Part shown: positions 49,527 to 54,595 of the stretch, in pieces
How positions within the stretch are numbered: the stretch's first letter is position 1
Layout: the number at the start of each line of letters is the position of its first letter
Assembly: GCA_945860565.1 (NCBI GenBank)
Contig: CAMAQS010000006.1
Location: 1 to 54,595 of the forward strand
Direction: 5' to 3'
From: Chitinophaga pinensis
GTDB lineage: Bacteria > Bacteroidota > Bacteroidia > NS11-12g > UBA955
Length of the DNA stretch: 54,595 bases
The notes under the pieces: model-generated
The model's input: the letters and a program-made list of their open reading frames with translations, nothing else
The model's database searches: none
What the model was told of the DNA's origin: nothing
Translations under genes and position numbers: made by a program

Positions 49527-52500
49527 TTAATCTCTCACAACTAACTTCTTAACAGCTGTTTGGCCATTGTTAGTCATTCTTACAAAATAGATACCAGTAC
49601 CTAAGTATGTCATATCCATTTCTTCAGTACCCATTCCACCTTTAACAGTTAGAGTTTTAACGGTAGCACCTACTGAATTAACCACTTCGATGTTCAAAGG
49701 TTGGTTGTTATTCAAGTTATAGCTAATGTTTACTTTACCCGTAGTTGGGTTAGGATTCAATCCTACTAAATCAGACAACTTCAATGTTTCGTTGCTCAAG
49801 TAAGTATTCTGACAATTTGGAGGATACTGTACATAAACTGTACGAGAAACTATTGCTGCTTCATTACCGCTAGGATCAGTTACAGATAAGTTGACGTAGT
49901 ATACACCTACTGCATAAACGTTGACATTGTGGTTTACTACTTTAATCAACTTTTCTAAATCACTTGCTGAATAGTAGTTGTCTTTTACAATCAAACCACT
50001 AAGAGCCCAGAAAGGAACACCAACACAAGTTGATACTGGAGGAGCAGTTAACTGTGGAGCCAAACGATCCACAACTTTAACATAACGTCTCTTTGTAGTT
50101 TTATTACCGCTTGCATCAGATGCAGTGAAAGTCTCAACATAAGTACCTAATGTATATGGATCTACTTTACCAGATTTTACAGAACTTACTTGTGTAGGGC
50201 CATAATAGTTATCAGTAACAGTTACGCTACGTGAGCTATAAGGCTCGTTCACATCGTGAAGAATTGTATCATTGGTATTCAATTCAATATTTGGTGCGAT
50301 GAAATCATCTACTATATAATTAATGATGAAACCATCTTCATCTGCTTTGTTCATTGATGGATCAGCAGAAGTATAAACGATAGGGTATGTAGCACGGCTT
50401 TGGTTGTTTACAACGCCATTATAACCAGGAGTTTTAGCAAGGAAGATATTTCCGTTACATATATCCAAAGCATAAATATCGTCAACAAAAGCACTGTTCA
50501 ATTGAACATTGATAACCATACCGTTAGTAATACGCTTACCTAAACGGTAAATACCAGGTTTTTGAGTATCGCGAACTTTTACTAAACGAGTTGTTGTAGA
50601 GCTGTTACCTTGAGCATCTTTTACAGAATAAACAAGGGTATAATCTCCCACTTTAGAAGCGTCAACCATACCTGCAACTTTTACTGCAGAAGTTAAGTCA
50701 CCATCAACCGCATCATTTGCAATTGCACCTGCATCAGTAAACGTTCCACACTGTTCAACGTTAACAGTATCATTTCCTTGTAAGCTCAATACTGGACCAG
50801 TTCTATCTAATACAACAATAATTGTACGAGATTTTGTGGCAGCTTTATTGCCAGAAGCGTCTGTCAAGTTGAAGTCGATGTTATAAACACCTGCTACTGA
50901 ACAATCCAAATCTGAAGTCAACATTACACTGTTAGTCAAGTCACCTTCAGTTACATCAAAGGCAACATAAGTAGTTTTTACAACTTCGGCATAACAAGCA
51001 CCAGAGTTAGCTGTACGTTCAACACGAACAGTGTCGCTACCTACTAAGGTAATTTGTGGAGCCATGTTGTCATTAGACAATTGAATTGCATAATCTTCAA
51101 ACTCACCTACTTGGTTTACACCACATGGGCTGTTAGAGAAAGTACCATAAGAAGCACCTACACGCATTCTAGTTTTGCCTTCAAAACTTTTGCTCAAAGC
51201 AGGAACCGTAATAGTACCGGTTACACTCATAGAATTTACAGTACCAGTAGAAATTACTTCTTCGCCAGCATCATCGTAGTCACCATCAATATTCCAGTCA
51301 ACCCATACTTTGTAGTTGATATCGTTTGAATTGGTTTTACGTGCGATGTACACTTCATAAGAAGCACCGTAGGTCATCTTCATTGGGAAACCATCTGTAT
51401 AATCAGAATATGACTCTCCACCTTCAGTTACATTGTTTGCAAGGATAGTTCCTTTAGCATCTGTAACTTTAACAGTAGTGATTGCAATATCCTTACTAAC
51501 CATATTGGTTAAAGGAATACAATAATCAACACAAACGATGTATTTATTTTTGATTACCTTTTTCTCGGTCAACGTTCTACCAGCAGTACCATTGTAAGCA
51601 CTTAAGGTAAATGTATAAGCTCCACCTTGAGTAAACTCAATTTGTGGGTTTTGGCTTTTGTTGCTTGTTCCATTCACATATTTAAATGTTGTTGGGAAAA
51701 TGCTCCATTCAAATACATCCGCATAATCAGATTTTGTAGTGAAGGTAACATCTTCTCCAATTACTGGACGAAGGTTGTTTGCAGAAAAGTCAACGATACC
51801 AGCTGATGTAGGATCGAAAACAGTGATATTTTTACATGCTGTATCGATACCAGTACAAGTTTGAGCAATCAAACAAATATTATATGTACCTGTAGTATAT
51901 ATAGCAGTAGATAAATTTTCAACATAACTTTCTGGATTTCCATCAACTTCCCAAATATAAATTGGAACGCCTTTGGTATTGACAGTTTTGTTCTCACACA
52001 AGAAGGTTACACCGGTTCCAACTGGATTGAATTCAGTTGTCCAATTTGCTTCAGGAGCGGTTGGAGTTTCCAAATCAGACTCCCAGTTCATGATAAACCC
52101 TTTGTCTACACCTGCACCATTGGTTTCGAAAGTGATATAACCAGCACCATTCTTAAGAACGATGGTTGCAGTATCCCACAAAATTTGATTGTTACCGTTG
52201 ATACCATCTGCTGGAGTAACCAATTTACTTGGATCAGCCTGATCGGAATCATAGATTCTCAATTTGTCATTGGCATCAGCAAAAGCCAATTCTTTGAAAG
52301 TAATACGAATTTCTTTGGCACCACAAGGTAAAATTTGGAAATAGTCAATAGACGTTTTACGGTTATTGGCATAGTTACCAGTTGGACCTGCGTGGTCAAA
52401 TAAACGACCATATCTAGTGGTTGCAACTTTTTGTGGACCTAAATAGTTGTCAAGTGTTGGTAAACACTCAATGTAACGATTTTTACAAACCGTAGTACTG

Positions 52501-53570
52501 TTACCTACACTGTTACCAGCTGTTAAACATACTTTGTGCCATCCAGCTTCAACCAAGCTGAATTTTGGATTTTGATTACTTGAAACATCATCTCCTATGC
52601 CTGTTGGTGAGTAAATTTCCCATGCCCATGAAGTAGGACCATAAGTAGATAAATCAAACAATTGTACATCATATCCTAATTCAACCTCATTATTGTCTGC
52701 AATAAAATCAGCAATTGGAGCTTGAGTAGGAGCCGTGATTGTAACTTGTTTGGTAATAGAATCTGCAATACCGCAATAGTCTACCAACATTTTCACGTCG
52801 TATTTGCCGCCAGTATTCCATTTAGCTGTACCTTTAGTCAGATTATCCACAATAATAGAATTTGCTTTGTCAAAAGTCCATTTGTAGTTTGCACCGGCAT
52901 TTGGATTTGTAGCAACGAAAGTTACGTTAGAACCTTCCCAGTTTGGACCAGTAGGAACGATAAAGTTGGCAACTGGAATAGATCCTACCTTATAGTTAAC
53001 TTCTAAGTCAAATACGTTACCATAAGTAGCGGCGCTTCCACAACCATTGTTTTTGGTTAATGTGTAAGCATTCCAACCACCACGGAAACGCATGTAAGAA
53101 GAACCACTTGTTGTGAAACATGGTACTTTTACATTGAATGTAGTAGCGCTGGCACCAATTTGGTAAGATTGTGGATCAATCACAACCTCAGCAGCCGAAA
53201 ACGACTTGTTTAAGTCTGTGTCCATCCAAACACCAGGACGAGTATAATACCCAGCCCATTCGGTACCTGTTAGTTCAATGACGATTTCCTCGCCCGCAGT
53301 TAAATCAAAGGCAGCGCCCTGATTTAAGATTCCCAAGTAGTTACTTGCAGTGTTACATTTCAACGAATTGTAGGAAGCCAAAACGGTACCCGCTTTGTTT
53401 TTCACTACTACCGCATCCAAGTCTCCGCAATAGCCGTACTGATTACCACAACCATAAGCGGCTGCAGCTGTACAAGGTGTCTGAGCTTCTACGCGATTGC
53501 CTTGGACATAGCCCAATACCATCGCCCCGAAAATCAGGACCTTTTTAAACATTGTAGTTGTTGATTTCAT
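49527..53570 (-). CDS. large T9SS-secreted protein: GEVED-like, PKD, CUB-like, GEVED, 5x DUF5011 Ig-like, type A CTD
   Basis: Signal peptide; VWMD.D....F...E...MRFR...GNVFD and VWVDWN.DG.Y...GE...RMRV...GEFEDY; PKD P.A.F...W.W; five D..AP.I.L...D.SGN-type repeats; C-terminal PNPT.G...GIYFVR...KKLVV. Confidence 0.88.
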   Translation of the reverse strand: MKSTTTMFKKVLIFGAMVLGYVQGNRVEAQTPCTAAAAYGCGNQYGYCGDLDAVVVKNKAGTVLASYNSLKCNTASNYLGILNQGAAFDLTAGEEIVIELTGTEWAGYYTRPGVWMDTDLNKSFSAAEVVIDPQSYQIGASATTFNVKVPCFTTSGSSYMRFRGGWNAYTLTKNNGCGSAATYGNVFDLEVNYKVGSIPVANFIVPTGPNWEGSNVTFVATNPNAGANYKWTFDKANSIIVDNLTKGTAKWNTGGKYDVKMLVDYCGIADSITKQVTITAPTQAPIADFIADNNEVELGYDVQLFDLSTYGPTSWAWEIYSPTGIGDDVSSNQNPKFSLVEAGWHKVCLTAGNSVGNSTTVCKNRYIECLPTLDNYLGPQKVATTRYGRLFDHAGPTGNYANNRKTSIDYFQILPCGAKEIRITFKELAFADANDKLRIYDSDQADPSKLVTPADGINGNNQILWDTATIVLKNGAGYITFETNGAGVDKGFIMNWESDLETPTAPEANWTTEFNPVGTGVTFLCENKTVNTKGVPIYIWEVDGNPESYVENLSTAIYTTGTYNICLIAQTCTGIDTACKNITVFDPTSAGIVDFSANNLRPVIGEDVTFTTKSDYADVFEWSIFPTTFKYVNGTSNKSQNPQIEFTQGGAYTFTLSAYNGTAGRTLTEKKVIKNKYIVCVDYCIPLTNMVSKDIAITTVKVTDAKGTILANNVTEGGESYSDYTDGFPMKMTYGASYEVYIARKTNSNDINYKVWVDWNIDGDYDDAGEEVISTGTVNSMSVTGTITVPALSKSFEGKTRMRVGASYGTFSNSPCGVNQVGEFEDYAIQLSNDNMAPQITLVGSDTVRVERTANSGACYAEVVKTTYVAFDVTEGDLTNSVMLTSDLDCSVAGVYNIDFNLTDASGNKAATKSRTIIVVLDRTGPVLSLQGNDTVNVEQCGTFTDAGAIANDAVDGDLTSAVKVAGMVDASKVGDYTLVYSVKDAQGNSSTTTRLVKVRDTQKPGIYRLGKRITNGMVINVQLNSAFVDDIYALDICNGNIFLAKTPGYNGVVNNQSRATYPIVYTSADPSMNKADEDGFIINYIVDDFIAPNIELNTNDTILHDVNEPYSSRSVTVTDNYYGPTQVSSVKSGKVDPYTLGTYVETFTASDASGNKTTKRRYVKVVDRLAPQLTAPPVSTCVGVPFWALSGLIVKDNYYSASDLEKLIKVVNHNVNVYAVGVYYVNLSVTDPSGNEAAIVSRTVYVQYPPNCQNTYLSNETLKLSDLVGLNPNPTTGKVNISYNLNNNQPLNIEVVNSVGATVKTLTVKGGMGTEEMDMTYLGTGIYFVRMTNNGQTAVKKLVVRD

Positions 53571-53755
53571 AGATATACCTGTGTATTAAGTTTTTCTTAA
53601 GACGCAATATGCTAAAAAGGTTGCATACAAGCATAAAAAAGTTGTAAAAAAAATATGTTGAGCTATTATTAAAACATTATTAATCAATTATTTAATACAT
53701 TAGCTCAAAAATAATTGACATAAGTATGACGGATTTTGCTTGTTGAAACGACTGT

Positions 53756-54544
53756 TTAGTGCTTTTTCTCGACAGAATTTTTGTAGTTTTTAATGGCTCT
53801 GAAGATGCCTAAAGCCACAGCTGTTTTTCCTTCGTCGGTGTTTAAATATTGTCTGTCGTTGTTATTGGTTAAAAAACCTGTTTCAATTAAAATTGAAGGC
53901 ATGGATGTTTGCCATAAAACCAAAAATCCGGCTTGCTTTACTCCCCTGCTTCTAATTTGGCTAATTTTTCCAGTTTCTTCTTCTATCATCGTAGACAATC
54001 TTAAACTCTGAGTTAAAAATGCATTTTGCACCAAAGAGAATATAATGTGTCCTTCTGCCGAATTTGGATCAAATCCACCATATCGCTGATTGTCCTTATA
54101 ATCTGATTCAAACACGATCGCTGAATTTTCCCGTTTGGCTACATCTAAATTGCCTTGATTCTTATGTAAACCCATAAAATAGGTTTCGCTGCCTGCTGCC
54201 TTTACATTTGGATTGGCATTACAATGAACAGAAATAAATAAGTCTGCTTCATTGCGATTGGCAAAATTAGGTCGCTCCCATAATTTTAGAGATTTATCCG
54301 TTTGTCGGGTGTATAAAACCCGCATTTCTGGAATACTGTCCTTTATATATTTACCTACCTTTAATACTACAGCTAAAGTGATCTCTTTTTCCCATACTTC
54401 TCCTGCTCCATTACAACCGGGATCATTGCCCCCGTGTCCAGCATCCAAGACAATTGTTTGCACTTGGTCGATTTTTCGTTTAGGAATTTTCGAAGAAGGC
54501 ATAAAAATCACGATTATTGCAGTAAGAAAACACGATAAAATCAA
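53756..54544 (-). CDS. N-acetylmuramoyl-L-alanine amidase (Amidase_3), start possibly outside the window
   Basis: IVLDAGHGG.DPG, EK.I.L, LFISVHCNA, REN, RGVKQAGFLVL, PSILIETGFLTN. The frame stays open to the window end. Confidence 0.93.
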   Translation of the reverse strand: MILSCFLTAIIVIFMPSSKIPKRKIDQVQTIVLDAGHGGNDPGCNGAGEVWEKEITLAVVLKVGKYIKDSIPEMRVLYTRQTDKSLKLWERPNFANRNEADLFISVHCNANPNVKAAGSETYFMGLHKNQGNLDVAKRENSAIVFESDYKDNQRYGGFDPNSAEGHIIFSLVQNAFLTQSLRLSTMIEEETGKISQIRSRGVKQAGFLVLWQTSMPSILIETGFLTNNNDRQYLNTDEGKTAVALGIFRAIKNYKNSVEKKH

Positions 54545-54595
54545 TTTAGCCGTTTTCGAACGAACTTTAGTGTTAAGTTGAAAATACGGAGTAAG

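Overview
AT-rich (roughly 38-40% GC by eye) chromosomal segment from a Bacteroidota bacterium. Supporting signs are TAnnTTTG -7 promoters, porT and T9SS C-terminal sorting domains, single-chain glyQS and a split atpD-atpC pair. It is mostly tightly packed housekeeping genes: dnaK 5' end, panB, tgt, ubiE/menG, yihA, hutH, hisS, corA, pgk, glyQS, uvrD/pcrA, rpsP-rimM-trmD, dcd, lepA, dprA, yidC, atpD/atpC, mlaD and an amidase. There is also a small accessory region (about 13.4-18.0 kb), an ECF sigma/lycopene cyclase pair and a 1347-aa T9SS-secreted repeat protein. I found no rRNA, tRNA, CRISPR array, integrase or transposase. The strongest unexplained signal is a non-palindromic motif, CATCCCCCAAA (extended AAACATCCCCCAAAATG). 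It has at least 9 exact copies on both strands, inside genes in different reading frames and between genes, so it behaves like a DNA-uptake-sequence or chromosome-architecture signal. Other notable items: a three-copy structured repeat with compensatory base changes, two copies of which flank a 3D-domain gene broken by one in-frame TGA; a 4x16-bp alternating operator array over the promoter of an AAA+/DUF4143 nuclease gene; head-to-head genes sharing a CATG start; a LysM-LysM-TonB_C fusion; and a candidate two-state rpsP leader. All family calls are from motif recognition, not database searches.
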